NCBI GenBank assembly: GCA_963837795.1
Contig: CAWIOT010000007.1
Coordinates: forward strand, 696,287 to 760,286
Direction: 5' to 3'
Length of the DNA: 64,000 bases
From: an uncultured Actinomycetota bacterium
Lineage (GTDB): Bacteria; Actinomycetota; Actinomycetes; Actinomycetales; Cellulomonadaceae
The position numbers and the translations under genes were made by a program. Positions 40,857-51,920 of the stretch are shown in pieces (the first letter of the stretch is position 1; every line of letters starts with the position of its first letter). The notes beneath the pieces are model-generated. The model did no database searches. It had not been told where the DNA came from and saw only the letters and a list, made by a program, of their open reading frames with translations.

Positions 40857-41960
40857 GTGAAGAAGATCATTCGAGTGGCCGCGCTCGGCGGGGCGGTCGC
40901 CCTTGCGCTTGCGGCGTGTGGCAGTGCGCCGGACGACACCGCGGAGACGCCCGGGGGCGACGGATCCACGGCGGCGTCGGGCGTCGACTTCAAGGCCTGC
41001 ATGGTCTCGGACGCCGGTGGCTTCGACGACAAGTCGTTCAACCAGGCCGGCTTCGAGGGCCTCCAGCGGGCCAAGGACGAGCTGGGCGTCGAGGTGGCCA
41101 GCGTCGAGTCGTCGGCCGACACCGACTACACGCCGAACATCGACAGCCTGGTCGCCGAGAACTGCGACCTGATCATCGGCGTCGGCTTCCTCCTCGAGGA
41201 CCCGATCCAGACGGCCGCCGAGGCCAACCCGGACATCGAGTTCGCCCTCGTCGACAGCGCCTTCTCGGACGCGGACTTCAACCCGGTCACCGTCGAGAAC
41301 GCCAAGCCGATCCTGTTCGACACCGCGCAGGCCGCGTACCTCGCCGGCTACGTCGCCGCGTCGCAGTCGACCACCGGCAAGGTGGCCACCTTCGGCGGCA
41401 TCCAGATCCCGTCCGTCACGATCTTCATGGACGGCTTCGCCGACGGCGTCGCCAAGTTCAACGAGGACACCGGCGGCTCCGTCGCCCTCCTCGGCTGGGA
41501 CAAGGCCGCGCAGTCCGGCGTCTTCGCCGGCAACTTCGACAGCCAGGACGACGGCAAGAACATCGGCCAGTCGCTCATCGACCAGGGTGCGGACGTCATC
41601 ATGCCCGTCGCCGGTCCCGTGGGCCTGGGCACCGCGTCCGTCGCGCAGACGGCCGGCAACGTCTCCATCGTCGGTGTCGACGCCGACTGGTTCGAGACCA
41701 CGGAGTACGGCCCGATCGTCCTGACCTCGGTCATGAAGGAGATCGGCCCGGCCGTCTTCGACACGATCAGCGAGGCCGTCGACGGCAACTTCAGCTCCGA
41801 CCCGTACGTCGGCACGCTGGAGAACGAGGGCCTCGGCCTGGCGCCGTTCCACGACTTCGACTCGAAGGTCTCCGACGACGTCAAGGCGAAGGTCGAGGAG
41901 CTCAAGGCCTCGATCATCTCCGGCGACATCACGGTCGAGTCGGACGCCTCCCCGAAGTGA
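40857..41960 (+). CDS. BMP-family (PnrA-like) nucleoside-binding ABC transporter lipoprotein
   Basis: GTG 40857 follows CAGGAGAG. The signal peptide plus lipobox is ALALAACGS. Sequence DAGGFDDKSFNQ is typical of Bmp/PnrA proteins. Confidence 0.9.
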   Translation: MKKIIRVAALGGAVALALAACGSAPDDTAETPGGDGSTAASGVDFKACMVSDAGGFDDKSFNQAGFEGLQRAKDELGVEVASVESSADTDYTPNIDSLVAENCDLIIGVGFLLEDPIQTAAEANPDIEFALVDSAFSDADFNPVTVENAKPILFDTAQAAYLAGYVAASQSTTGKVATFGGIQIPSVTIFMDGFADGVAKFNEDTGGSVALLGWDKAAQSGVFAGNFDSQDDGKNIGQSLIDQGADVIMPVAGPVGLGTASVAQTAGNVSIVGVDADWFETTEYGPIVLTSVMKEIGPAVFDTISEAVDGNFSSDPYVGTLENEGLGLAPFHDFDSKVSDDVKAKVEELKASIISGDITVESDASPK

Positions 41961-41978
41961 TCTGACGCACGACGCACA

Positions 41979-42010
41979 CCGACGGCCCGGGCCCGCGCCC
42001 GGGCCGTCGG
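41979..42010 (+). terminator. Intercistronic hairpin (perfect 13-bp stem, 6-nt loop) after the BMP binding-protein gene
   Basis: CCGACGGCCCGGG (41979-41991) pairs with CCCGGGCCGTCGG (41998-42010). The hairpin starts 19 nt after the stop. There is no U tract. Confidence 0.6.
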
Positions 42011-42083
42011 CCTGTGCTGCACGGAGCCCCCAGGGGAGATGGATAGTGTCTGACAACACCTCTGACGTCGAGGGAGACGACCG

Positions 42084-43681
<1,598 letters not shown>

Positions 43682-43685
<4 letters not shown>

Positions 43686-45001
43686 GCGGCCAGACGCCCG
43701 ACCCGCTGCCCGACGAGCGCAGGCCGGCCCCCGGCGACACCGGCGTGGTCGAGGACCCGTCCCCGCAGGAGTCCGCGCGGGAGTCCGCGCAGGAGCCCGA
43801 CGGCGGCCGTCGCATCCTGCACGAGATGCTCACCAGCAGCTGGCTGGTCTCGGTGCTCGCGGTGGTCCTGGCGCTGGTCCTGGGCGGGCTGCTCATCGCC
43901 GCCGCGGACCCGGACGTGCAGGCCGCGGCCGGCTACTTCTTCTCGCGCCCGGGCGACCTGCTGTCCGCGGCGTGGTCCGCGGTGTCCGAGGCGTACGCGG
44001 CGCTGTTCGCCGGCGCGGTGTTCGATCCGCGGGCGGAGGAGGTCGGCCGCGCGGTGCGGCCGTTCACCGAGACGCTGACCGTGGCCACGCCGCTGATCCT
44101 GGCCGGTCTGGGGCTCGGCATCGGCTTCCGTGCCGGGCTGTTCAACATCGGCGCCCAGGGCCAGATCATCCTCGGTGGCATCTTCGCCGGGTACATCGGC
44201 TTCACGTTCGACCTGCCTCCGGGGCTGCACCTGCTGCTCTGCGTGATCGGTGCGGCGCTCGGTGGCGCGCTCTGGGCCGGCATCGCCGGTGTGCTCAAGG
44301 CGCGCACCGGGGCGCACGAGGTCATCGTCACGATCATGCTCAACAACGTCGCGGTGTACCTGGTGGCGTACCTGCTGAGCATCAACGCGTTCCAGCGCCC
44401 CGGCAGCAACAACCCGGTGAGCCCGCCCATCCCGGACAGCGCCGCGTACCCGCTGCTGCTGGGCAGCGGCTACCGGCTGCACACCGGGTTCCTGGTGGCC
44501 ATCGCGGCCGCGGTGTTCACCTGGTGGCTCATGGAGCGCTCGACCATCGGCTTCCGCTGGCGCGCGGTCGGGTCCAACCCGCACGCGGCCCGGACCGCCG
44601 GCATCTCGGTGAACTCGACGTACGTCTGGGTCATGCTCACCGCGGGTGCGCTCGCGGGGCTCGCGGGCTCGGCGCAGGTGCTGGGCACGGAGCGCGTGCT
44701 GACGGCCGGCGTCGCGGCCAGCTACGGGTTCGACGCCATCACCGTCGCGCTGCTGGGCCGGTCCAAGCCGCTCGGCACGGTGCTCGCGGGCATCCTGTTC
44801 GGCGCCCTGCGTGCCGGCGGCGTCGTCATGCAGGCCCGCACGGGCACGCCGATCGACATCGTCCTCGTCGTCCAGTCGCTCATCGTCCTGTTCATCGCGG
44901 CCCCGCCGCTGGTCCGGTCGGTGTTCCGCCTGCCCACCCCCGGGACGCCCCGCGCCCCGAAGCCAGCCGTGCCCGTCGCCGCGAAGGAGGTCAGCGCGTG
45001 A
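43682..45001 (+). CDS. ABC transporter permease (nucleoside/sugar type) with a charged N-terminal extension
   Basis: GTG 43682 overlaps the upstream stop (GTGA). It has 8-10 TM spans. Confidence 0.9.
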
Positions 45002-46296
45002 GCGCCCCCACGATCGATGCCGCGGCGCCCGCGCGCCCGGCGGCCGGCCAGCCCGTCCTGCCGCCGATCCGGTGGCACGTGCCGATCGCGTACGCGGTCG
45101 TCGCGCTGCTCGGCCTGGTCGTCTTCGGCCTGCTCGGGCCGGCCGGCGAGGTCAGCAGCTTCGCGGTCTCCAGCACCGGCGACTTCGTGAAGTTCACGCC
45201 GTTCTCGGTCCCGTCCCGGCTCACCGCCATCATCCTGTGCGTCCTGGCGCTGGGGCTGTCGGTGGTCTCGTTCCAGGCGACCCGTCGCCGCGAGAAGGCC
45301 GGCGCCTGGCTGCCCATCACCTACGGCGTCCTCATGGTGTTCGCGTTCCTGGTGTGGGCCGTCGCGGGCAAGGGCAGCTCGCTGCCCCTGACCGGGTTGC
45401 TGCAGGGCTCCCTGTTCCTCGCGATCCCGCTGGTGTTCGGCGCCCTCGCAGGTCTGCTGTGCGAGCGCTCGGGCATCATCAACATCGCCATCGAGGGCCA
45501 GCTGCTGGGCGGCGCGTTCCTCGCGTCGGTCGTCGCGACCCTGACGGGCAGCGCCTACGCCGGGCTCGTCGCGGCGCCGGTCGCCGGTGCCCTCGTCGGC
45601 CTGCTGCTCGTGCTGTTCTCCATCCGGTACGTGGTCAACCAGATCATCGTCGGCGTCGTGCTCAACGTGCTGGTGGTCGGCGTGACCAGCTACCTGTTCT
45701 CCACGGTGCTCAAGGAGAACCCGGACACCTGGAACAACCCGCCGGGCCTGCCCGTCATCGACATCCCGGTGCTGTCGCAGATCCCGATCATCGGGCCGGT
45801 GCTGTTCCGGCAGACCGCGCTGGTGTACGTCATGTACGTCGTGGTCGTCGTCCTGCAGATCATGGTCTTCCGGTCCCGCTGGGGGCTGCGGCTGCGATCG
45901 GTCGGCGAGCACCCCAAGGCCGCGGACACGGTCGGCATCAAGGTCAACCGCACGCGCCTGCGCTCCACGGTGCTCGGCGGTGCCGTGGCCGGTCTGGGCG
46001 GGGCGTTCTTCACCGTCGCGGCCGGGCTGGCGTTCGGCAAGGAGATGACCAACGGCAAGGGGTACATCGCCCTCGCCGCGATGATCCTGGGCCGGTGGAG
46101 CCCCAAGGGCGCGCTGGCCGCCGCGCTGCTGTTCGGGTTCGCCAACAACCTGCAGCTGCAGCTGAGCATCATCCAGACACCCATCCCCAGCCAGATCATG
46201 CTGATGACGCCCTACATCGTGACGATCTTCGCCGTGGCGGGGCTCGTCGGACGCGTGCGGCCGCCGGCCGCCGAGGGCATCCCCTACACGAAGTGA
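44998..46296 (+). CDS. ABC transporter permease (second subunit)
   Basis: GTG 44998 overlaps the upstream stop (GTGA) and follows AAGGAGG. The protein is polytopic and carries the conserved ERSGIINIAIEGQ. Confidence 0.9.
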   Translation: MSAPTIDAAAPARPAAGQPVLPPIRWHVPIAYAVVALLGLVVFGLLGPAGEVSSFAVSSTGDFVKFTPFSVPSRLTAIILCVLALGLSVVSFQATRRREKAGAWLPITYGVLMVFAFLVWAVAGKGSSLPLTGLLQGSLFLAIPLVFGALAGLLCERSGIINIAIEGQLLGGAFLASVVATLTGSAYAGLVAAPVAGALVGLLLVLFSIRYVVNQIIVGVVLNVLVVGVTSYLFSTVLKENPDTWNNPPGLPVIDIPVLSQIPIIGPVLFRQTALVYVMYVVVVVLQIMVFRSRWGLRLRSVGEHPKAADTVGIKVNRTRLRSTVLGGAVAGLGGAFFTVAAGLAFGKEMTNGKGYIALAAMILGRWSPKGALAAALLFGFANNLQLQLSIIQTPIPSQIMLMTPYIVTIFAVAGLVGRVRPPAAEGIPYTK

Positions 46297-46307
46297 GAGG
46301 AACGGCA

Positions 46308-46715
46308 GTGGAGGCCGAGAACTCTGTGGATTGGGACGCCCTGCGTTCCGCCGCCACCGACGTCATGCACCGCGCGTACGCGCCCTACTCGCAGTTCCCC
46401 GTCGGCGCCGCCGCGCTGGTGGACGACGGCCGCGTGGTCGTCGGCTGCAACGTCGAGAACGCCTCCTACGGCGTGACGCTGTGCGCCGAGTGCGCGCTGG
46501 TCTCCGGGCTGCACGTCTCGGGCGGCGGACGGCTCGTCGCGTTCACCTGCGTGGACAAGCACGGCAACGTCCTCATGCCCTGCGGCCGCTGCCGGCAGCT
46601 GCTCTGGGAGCACGGGGGAGCGCGGCTGCTGGTGGAGACGACGCAGGGCGTGAAGCCCATGACCGAGGTGCTCCCGGACGCGTTCGGGCCGGCGGACCTG
46701 GAGGAGCGGGCATGA
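46308..46715 (+). CDS. cdd: Cytidine deaminase
   Basis: Zinc ligand motifs CAECA and PCGRCRQ are present. GTG 46308 lies 6 nt after GAGAGGA. The alternative GTG 46293 forms GTGA with the permease stop. Confidence 0.92.
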   Translation: MEAENSVDWDALRSAATDVMHRAYAPYSQFPVGAAALVDDGRVVVGCNVENASYGVTLCAECALVSGLHVSGGGRLVAFTCVDKHGNVLMPCGRCRQLLWEHGGARLLVETTQGVKPMTEVLPDAFGPADLEERA

Positions 46716-48019
46716 GCACCGAGGCAGTCTCCGAGCAGCATGACGCCGTCGACGTCATCGTCACCAAGCGCGACGGGCACCGGTTGTCCGACGCGCAGAT
46801 CGACTGGGTCATCGACGCGTACACCCGCGGGGTGGTCGCCGAGGAGCAGATGTCGGCGCTGAACATGGCCATCCTGCTCAACGGGATGGACCGCGCGGAG
46901 ATCGCCCGGTGGACCGCGGCGATGATCGCCAGCGGCGAGCGGATGGACTTCTCCGGGCTGTCCCGCCCGACCGCGGACAAGCACTCCACCGGCGGCGTGG
47001 GCGACAAGATCACGTTGCCGCTGGCGCCGCTGGTGGCGGTGTTCGGCGTGGCGGTGCCGCAGCTGTCCGGTCGCGGCCTGGGCCACACCGGCGGGACGCT
47101 GGACAAGCTCGAGTCGATCCCCGGCTGGCGGGCGGCGCTGAGCAACGACGAGATGATGGCGCAGCTCGACGACGTCGGCGCGGTCATCTGCCAGGCGGGC
47201 TCGGGGCTGGCCCCGGCGGACCGCAAGCTGTACGCGCTGCGGGACGTGACCGGCACGGTCGAGGCGATCCCGCTGATCGCGAGCTCGATCATGAGCAAGA
47301 AGATCGCCGAGGGCACCGGCGCGCTGGTGCTCGACGTCAAGGTGGGCTCGGGCGCGTTCATGAAGGACGTCGACCGCGCCCGCGAGCTGGCCCGGACCAT
47401 GGTCGCGCTGGGCACCGACGCCGGCGTGCGGACCGTCGCCCTGCTCACGGACATGTCGACGCCGCTGGGGCTGACCGCGGGAAACGCCCTCGAGGTGCGC
47501 GAGTCGGTCGAGGTGCTGGCCGGTGGCGGACCGGCCGACGTCGTCGAGCTCACCGTGGCGCTCGCCCGCGAGATGCTGACCGCCGCCGGGCGCTCGGGCG
47601 ACGACGTCGAGGCGGCCCTGCAGGACGGGCGCGCGATGGACGCGTGGAAGCGGATGATCGCGGCCCAGGGCGGCGACCCGGACGCGACGCTGCCGGTCGC
47701 GCGCGAGACCGAGCAGGTGCTCGCCGAGTCCGACGGCGTCCTGACCGAGCTGGACGCGTACGCGGTCGGGATCGCGGCGTGGCGGCTCGGAGCCGGGCGC
47801 GCGCGCAAGGAGGACCCGGTGCAGGCCGGCGCGGGTGTCGAGCTGCACGCCAAGCCCGGGGACGTGGTGCGTGCCGGCCAGCCCCTGCTGACGATGCACA
47901 CCGACACCCCCGAGCGGTTCGGGCGGGCGCGTGACGCGCTCGCGGGAGGCGTCGTCGTGGCCCCGGTCGGCACGTCGGTCCAGGAGCGACCGCTGGTGAT
48001 CGACCGCATCGAGGCGTGA
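46712..48019 (+). CDS. deoA: Thymidine (pyrimidine-nucleoside) phosphorylase
   Basis: ATG 46712 overlaps the cdd stop (ATGA). The motifs DKHSTGGVGDK and SGRGLGHTGGTLDKLE are present. Confidence 0.95.
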   Translation: MSTEAVSEQHDAVDVIVTKRDGHRLSDAQIDWVIDAYTRGVVAEEQMSALNMAILLNGMDRAEIARWTAAMIASGERMDFSGLSRPTADKHSTGGVGDKITLPLAPLVAVFGVAVPQLSGRGLGHTGGTLDKLESIPGWRAALSNDEMMAQLDDVGAVICQAGSGLAPADRKLYALRDVTGTVEAIPLIASSIMSKKIAEGTGALVLDVKVGSGAFMKDVDRARELARTMVALGTDAGVRTVALLTDMSTPLGLTAGNALEVRESVEVLAGGGPADVVELTVALAREMLTAAGRSGDDVEAALQDGRAMDAWKRMIAAQGGDPDATLPVARETEQVLAESDGVLTELDAYAVGIAAWRLGAGRARKEDPVQAGAGVELHAKPGDVVRAGQPLLTMHTDTPERFGRARDALAGGVVVAPVGTSVQERPLVIDRIEA

Positions 48020-48056
48020 CCTCGCGGAGGCCACGACGCGGGGGCACGATGGGGGC

Positions 48057-48287
48057 ATGAGCACCGTGCCTGGGAACGACGCGTGGCGGGACGCCGGTCT
48101 GGCCCCCGTCGAGCCGGACGAGGCCCGCAGCCTCACCGACACGGCGGACGACGGGAGCATCGAGCCGGCGGACCCGGAGGAGTACGAGCCCGGCTTCGCG
48201 CGGGCCGACCGGGAGGACCGTGCCGCCGAGGCGGACGTCGTGGAGCAGGACACCGAGGTCCCGCTGGACGACGACGAGGACGCCTGA
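48057..48287 (+). CDS. Small highly acidic hypothetical protein (76 aa)
   Basis: GC3 is high. About 30% of residues are D/E and there are no hydrophobic spans. It lies between deoA and add. Confidence 0.55.
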   Translation: MSTVPGNDAWRDAGLAPVEPDEARSLTDTADDGSIEPADPEEYEPGFARADREDRAAEADVVEQDTEVPLDDDEDA

Positions 48288-48311
48288 CCTGCTCGACTGC
48301 GGGCGCTTCGC

Positions 48312-48317
48312 TACGGT
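48312..48317 (+). promoter_or_regulatory. -10 box TACGGT, 6 nt upstream of the add ATG (leaderless)
   Basis: Read directly from the sequence. Confidence 0.45.
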
Positions 48318-48323
48318 GAGGCC

Positions 48324-49502
48324 ATGACCTCCCCTGACGAACCCTCGGTCGACGCACCCGCCGAGGTGCCCGCTTCGTCCCGGTCTGCCGGGTCCGACGC
48401 CGCCGATGCGACCGCCGCGCTCGTCGCGCAGATCCCGGACCTGCCGAAGGTCGTCCTGCACGACCACCTCGACGGCGGCCTGCGCCCGGCCACGATCATC
48501 GAGCTGGCCGGCCAGATCGGCTACGAGCTGCCCGCCACCGATGCGGACGAGCTGGGCCGCTGGTTCGTCGACGCGGCCAGCTCCGGGACCCTCGAGCGGT
48601 ACCTGGAGACGTTCGACCACACGATCGCGGTGATGCAGACCGAGGAGGGCCTGCGCCGGGTCGCGCGCGAGTCGGCGGTGGACCTGGCCGCCGACGGTGT
48701 GGTCTACGCCGAGCAGCGCTACGCCCCCGAGCAGCACCTGCAGCAGGGCCTCACGCTCCAGCAGGTGGTCGACGCCGTGCAGGCCGGGTTCGCCGAGGGG
48801 ATCGCCGAGGCGGCGAGCCAGGGGCGCTCGATCCGGATCGGTACCCTGATCACCGCCATGCGGCACGCGGACCGTGGCGACGAGATCGCGGCGCTCGCGC
48901 TGGAGAACCGGGACAACGGCGTGGTCGGTTTCGACATCGCCGGCGCGGAGGCCGGGTTCCCGCCCTCGCGGCAGGCGACCGCGTTCGACCTGCTGGCGGC
49001 GGCCGACTTCCCCGCCACCGTGCACGCCGGCGAGGCCGCCGGGCTGGAGTCGATCGCCGAGGCCGTGCACGTGGCGCACGCCTGCCGGATCGGGCACGGC
49101 GTCCGGCTCATCGAGGACGTCTCGGCCGACGACCTGGGCGACAAGCTCGGCCGGCTGGCGCACTGGGTCCGCGACCGCCGCATCCCGCTGGAGCTGTGCC
49201 CGTCGTCGAACGTGCAGACCGGTGCGGCGGAGTCGGTGGCGACGCACCCGATCACGCGCCTGCGGGACCTCGGCTTCGCCGTCACCGTGAACACCGACAA
49301 CCGCCTGCAGTCGGGCACGACGATGACCCGCGAGCTGACCCTGCTGGTCCAGGAGGCCGGCTGGACGCTGGTCGACCTGCGCGACGCGGCGATCACCGCC
49401 GCGGCGCACTCGTTCCTGCACCACGACGAGCGGTCCACGCTCATCGACCAGGTCATCCGGCCGGCGTACACCGCGGCGCGCGGGGGCCGGCACCGCGCCT
49501 GA
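48324..49502 (+). CDS. add: Adenosine deaminase
   Basis: The motifs LPKVVLHDHLDGG, HAGE and SVNTDN-like TVNTDNR are present. Confidence 0.94.
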   Translation: MTSPDEPSVDAPAEVPASSRSAGSDAADATAALVAQIPDLPKVVLHDHLDGGLRPATIIELAGQIGYELPATDADELGRWFVDAASSGTLERYLETFDHTIAVMQTEEGLRRVARESAVDLAADGVVYAEQRYAPEQHLQQGLTLQQVVDAVQAGFAEGIAEAASQGRSIRIGTLITAMRHADRGDEIAALALENRDNGVVGFDIAGAEAGFPPSRQATAFDLLAAADFPATVHAGEAAGLESIAEAVHVAHACRIGHGVRLIEDVSADDLGDKLGRLAHWVRDRRIPLELCPSSNVQTGAAESVATHPITRLRDLGFAVTVNTDNRLQSGTTMTRELTLLVQEAGWTLVDLRDAAITAAAHSFLHHDERSTLIDQVIRPAYTAARGGRHRA

Positions 49503-49511
49503 GCACCGACG

Positions 49512-49548
49512 ACGACGGCCCACCCCCGGTCTGGGGGCGGGCCGTCGT
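49512..49548. terminator. Bidirectional hairpin between convergent add and the ALDH-like gene
   Basis: ACGACGGCCCACCCCC pairs with GGGGGCGGGCCGTCGT with one mismatch and a 5-nt loop. Confidence 0.55.
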
Positions 49549-49559
49549 GGCGTGCGGGG

Positions 49560-50420
49560 CTACAGCAGGCCCTTGGTGTGCCAGACCGTCTTGGTCTCGA
49601 CGAACGCCGTGATGCGGTCCAGCGACGGGGCCGCCGCGTCCGGCCCGTTCTCGGGCGGCAGGACGCGCTTGAGGGTGTCCGCGGCCGCGATCTGCAGGTC
49701 GACCCACTCCAGGGCGCCGGCGCCCACCAGGTCGAGCGCGTTGACGTCCTGGTGGCTGGCCAGCCACGGGGCGATCTCGGCGGGGGAGCCGGTGAGCACG
49801 TTGACGACGCCCTTGGGCACGTCGCTCGTGGCCAGCACCTCGGCCAGGCTGATCGCCGACAGCGGGAACCGCTCGCTGGCCACCACGACCACGGTGTTGC
49901 CCGAGACCAGGGCGGGCGCCACGGCGGACACCAGGCCCAGCAGCGACGAGTCCTGGGGGGCGACGACCGCGACGACGCCCGTGGGCTCCGGCACGGAGAT
50001 GTTGAAGTACGGGCCGGCCACGGGGTTGGCGTTCCCGGCCACCTGCGCGTACTTGTCCGCCCACCCCGCGTACCAGACCCAGCGGTCGATCGCGGCGTCC
50101 ACCTGCGCGGACGCCACCGCGGCGGTCACGCCCTCGGCGTCGACGACCTCGGCGACGAACTGCGCCCGCCGCCCCTCGAGCAGCTCGGCGATCCGGTAGA
50201 GCACCTGCCCGCGGTTGTACGCGGTGGCACCCGACCAGCCGCCGACCGCGGCGCGTGCGGCGACCACCGCGTCCCGGGCGTCCTTGCGCGAGGCCTTCGC
50301 CGCGTTGGCCAGGAACGCGCCCTTGGCTCCGATCACCTCGTAGGTGCGGCCGGACTCGCTGCGCGGGAACGCGCCGCCGATGTAGAGCTTGTACGTCTTG
50401 GGCACGGCGAGGCGGGTCAC
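49560..50420 (-). CDS. Aldehyde dehydrogenase-like protein lacking the catalytic domain (286 aa)
   Basis: GTG 50420 overlaps the stop of the upstream ALDH (GTGA). It matches the ALDH N-terminal/NAD-binding half (YKLYIGGAF, WYAGWADK, PTGVVAVVAP, GNTVVVVAS, PKGVVNVLTG). There is no ELGGK...C catalytic region. It ends with an ALDH-like terminal strand (ETKTVWH). Confidence 0.75.
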   Translation of the reverse strand: MTRLAVPKTYKLYIGGAFPRSESGRTYEVIGAKGAFLANAAKASRKDARDAVVAARAAVGGWSGATAYNRGQVLYRIAELLEGRRAQFVAEVVDAEGVTAAVASAQVDAAIDRWVWYAGWADKYAQVAGNANPVAGPYFNISVPEPTGVVAVVAPQDSSLLGLVSAVAPALVSGNTVVVVASERFPLSAISLAEVLATSDVPKGVVNVLTGSPAEIAPWLASHQDVNALDLVGAGALEWVDLQIAAADTLKRVLPPENGPDAAAPSLDRITAFVETKTVWHTKGLL

Positions 50421-51910
50421 TTGGCGGCTCCCTGGGTGACGGCGCGCCGGGCGGGCGCCGGGCTGACGGACGGGGTGCCGTGCTTCAGGTACGCGGCGAT
50501 GCCGTGACGGCCGCCCTCGCGCCCGTAGCCGGACTCCTTGTAGCCGCCGAACGGGCTGGCGGGGTCGAAGCGGTTGAAGGTGTTGGCCCAGATCACCCCG
50601 GCGCGCAGCTTGTCGGCCACGGCCAGGATGCGGCTGCCCTTGTCGCTCCAGATGCCCGCGGACAGGCCGTAGGGCGTGTTGTTGGCCTTGGCGATCGCCT
50701 CGGCCGGCGTGCGGAACGTCAGGACCGACAGGACCGGCCCGAAGATCTCGTCGCGCGCGATCCGGTGGCTCGTCGAGACGTTGGTGAAGATGGTCGGCGC
50801 GAACCAGAACCCGTTCTCCGGGATCGTGCACGCGGCCGTCCAGCGCTCGGCGCCCTCGGCCTCGCCGATGTCCGACAGCTCGCGGATGCGGGCCAGCTGC
50901 TCGGCGCTGTTCACCGCACCGATGTCGGTGTTCTTGTCCAGCGGGTCGCCCAGGCGCAGGGTGGACAGGCGCTGCTTGAGCCGGTCCACCACCTCGTCGT
51001 GCACGGACTCCTGGACCAGCAGGCGGCTGCCCGCGCAGCACACGTGCCCCTGGTTGAAGAAGATGCCGTTGACGATGCCCTCGATCGCCTGGTCGATGGG
51101 CGCGTCGTCGAACACGATGTTGGCGGCCTTGCCGCCCAGCTCGAGCGTGAGCTTCTTGTCCGTGCCGGCGACCGTGCGGGCGATCGCGCGGCCGACCGCG
51201 GTGGACCCGGTGAACGCCACCTTGTCGACGTCGCCGTGCGCGACGAGCGTCGCACCGGTCTCGCCCGCACCCGTGAGGATGTTGACGACCCCGGGCGGCA
51301 GGTCGGCCTGCTGCAGGATCTCCGCGAACAGCAGCGCGGTCAGGGACGTGGTCTCGGCGGGCTTGAGCACGACCGTGTTGCCGGCGGCCAGCGCGGGCGC
51401 GATCTTCCACGCGAGCATGAGCAGCGGGAAGTTCCACGGGATCACCTGCGCGGCGACGCCGAGCGGTGCCGGTGCGGCGCCGAGGCCCACGTGGTCGAGC
51501 TTGTCCGCCCAGCCGGCGTAGTAGAAGAACCACGCGGCGACCAGGGGCACGTCGACGTCGCGGCTCTCCTTGATCGGCTTGCCGTTGTCCAGGCTCTCCG
51601 CCACGGCCAGCTCGCGGCTGCGCTCCTGCACCAGGCGGGCGATCCGGAACAGGTACTTGCCGCGGTCGGCGCCGGACATGCGTGACCAGGTGCGGTCGAA
51701 CGCCTTCCGCGCCGCGGCCACGGCCGCGTCGACGTCGGAGGAGTCGGCCGTGGCGATCGTCGCCAGGTGCTGCTCGGTGGCGGGGGAGATCGACGCGAAC
51801 GGTGTGCCGTGACCCTCCCGGAACTCACCGTCGATGAACAGGCCGTACTCGCTGCGCAGGTTCAGGATCGCCTGCGACTCGGGCGCCGGGGCGTACTCGA
51901 GGAATGACAT
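50417..51910 (-). CDS. NAD(P)-dependent aldehyde dehydrogenase
   Basis: It is full length at 497 aa, with the motifs IPWNFPL, LELGGKA, the catalytic Cys in GHVCCAGSR, and EIFGPV. Confidence 0.94.
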   Translation of the reverse strand: MSFLEYAPAPESQAILNLRSEYGLFIDGEFREGHGTPFASISPATEQHLATIATADSSDVDAAVAAARKAFDRTWSRMSGADRGKYLFRIARLVQERSRELAVAESLDNGKPIKESRDVDVPLVAAWFFYYAGWADKLDHVGLGAAPAPLGVAAQVIPWNFPLLMLAWKIAPALAAGNTVVLKPAETTSLTALLFAEILQQADLPPGVVNILTGAGETGATLVAHGDVDKVAFTGSTAVGRAIARTVAGTDKKLTLELGGKAANIVFDDAPIDQAIEGIVNGIFFNQGHVCCAGSRLLVQESVHDEVVDRLKQRLSTLRLGDPLDKNTDIGAVNSAEQLARIRELSDIGEAEGAERWTAACTIPENGFWFAPTIFTNVSTSHRIARDEIFGPVLSVLTFRTPAEAIAKANNTPYGLSAGIWSDKGSRILAVADKLRAGVIWANTFNRFDPASPFGGYKESGYGREGGRHGIAAYLKHGTPSVSPAPARRAVTQGAAK

Positions 51911-51920
51911 GACAGGCCCT

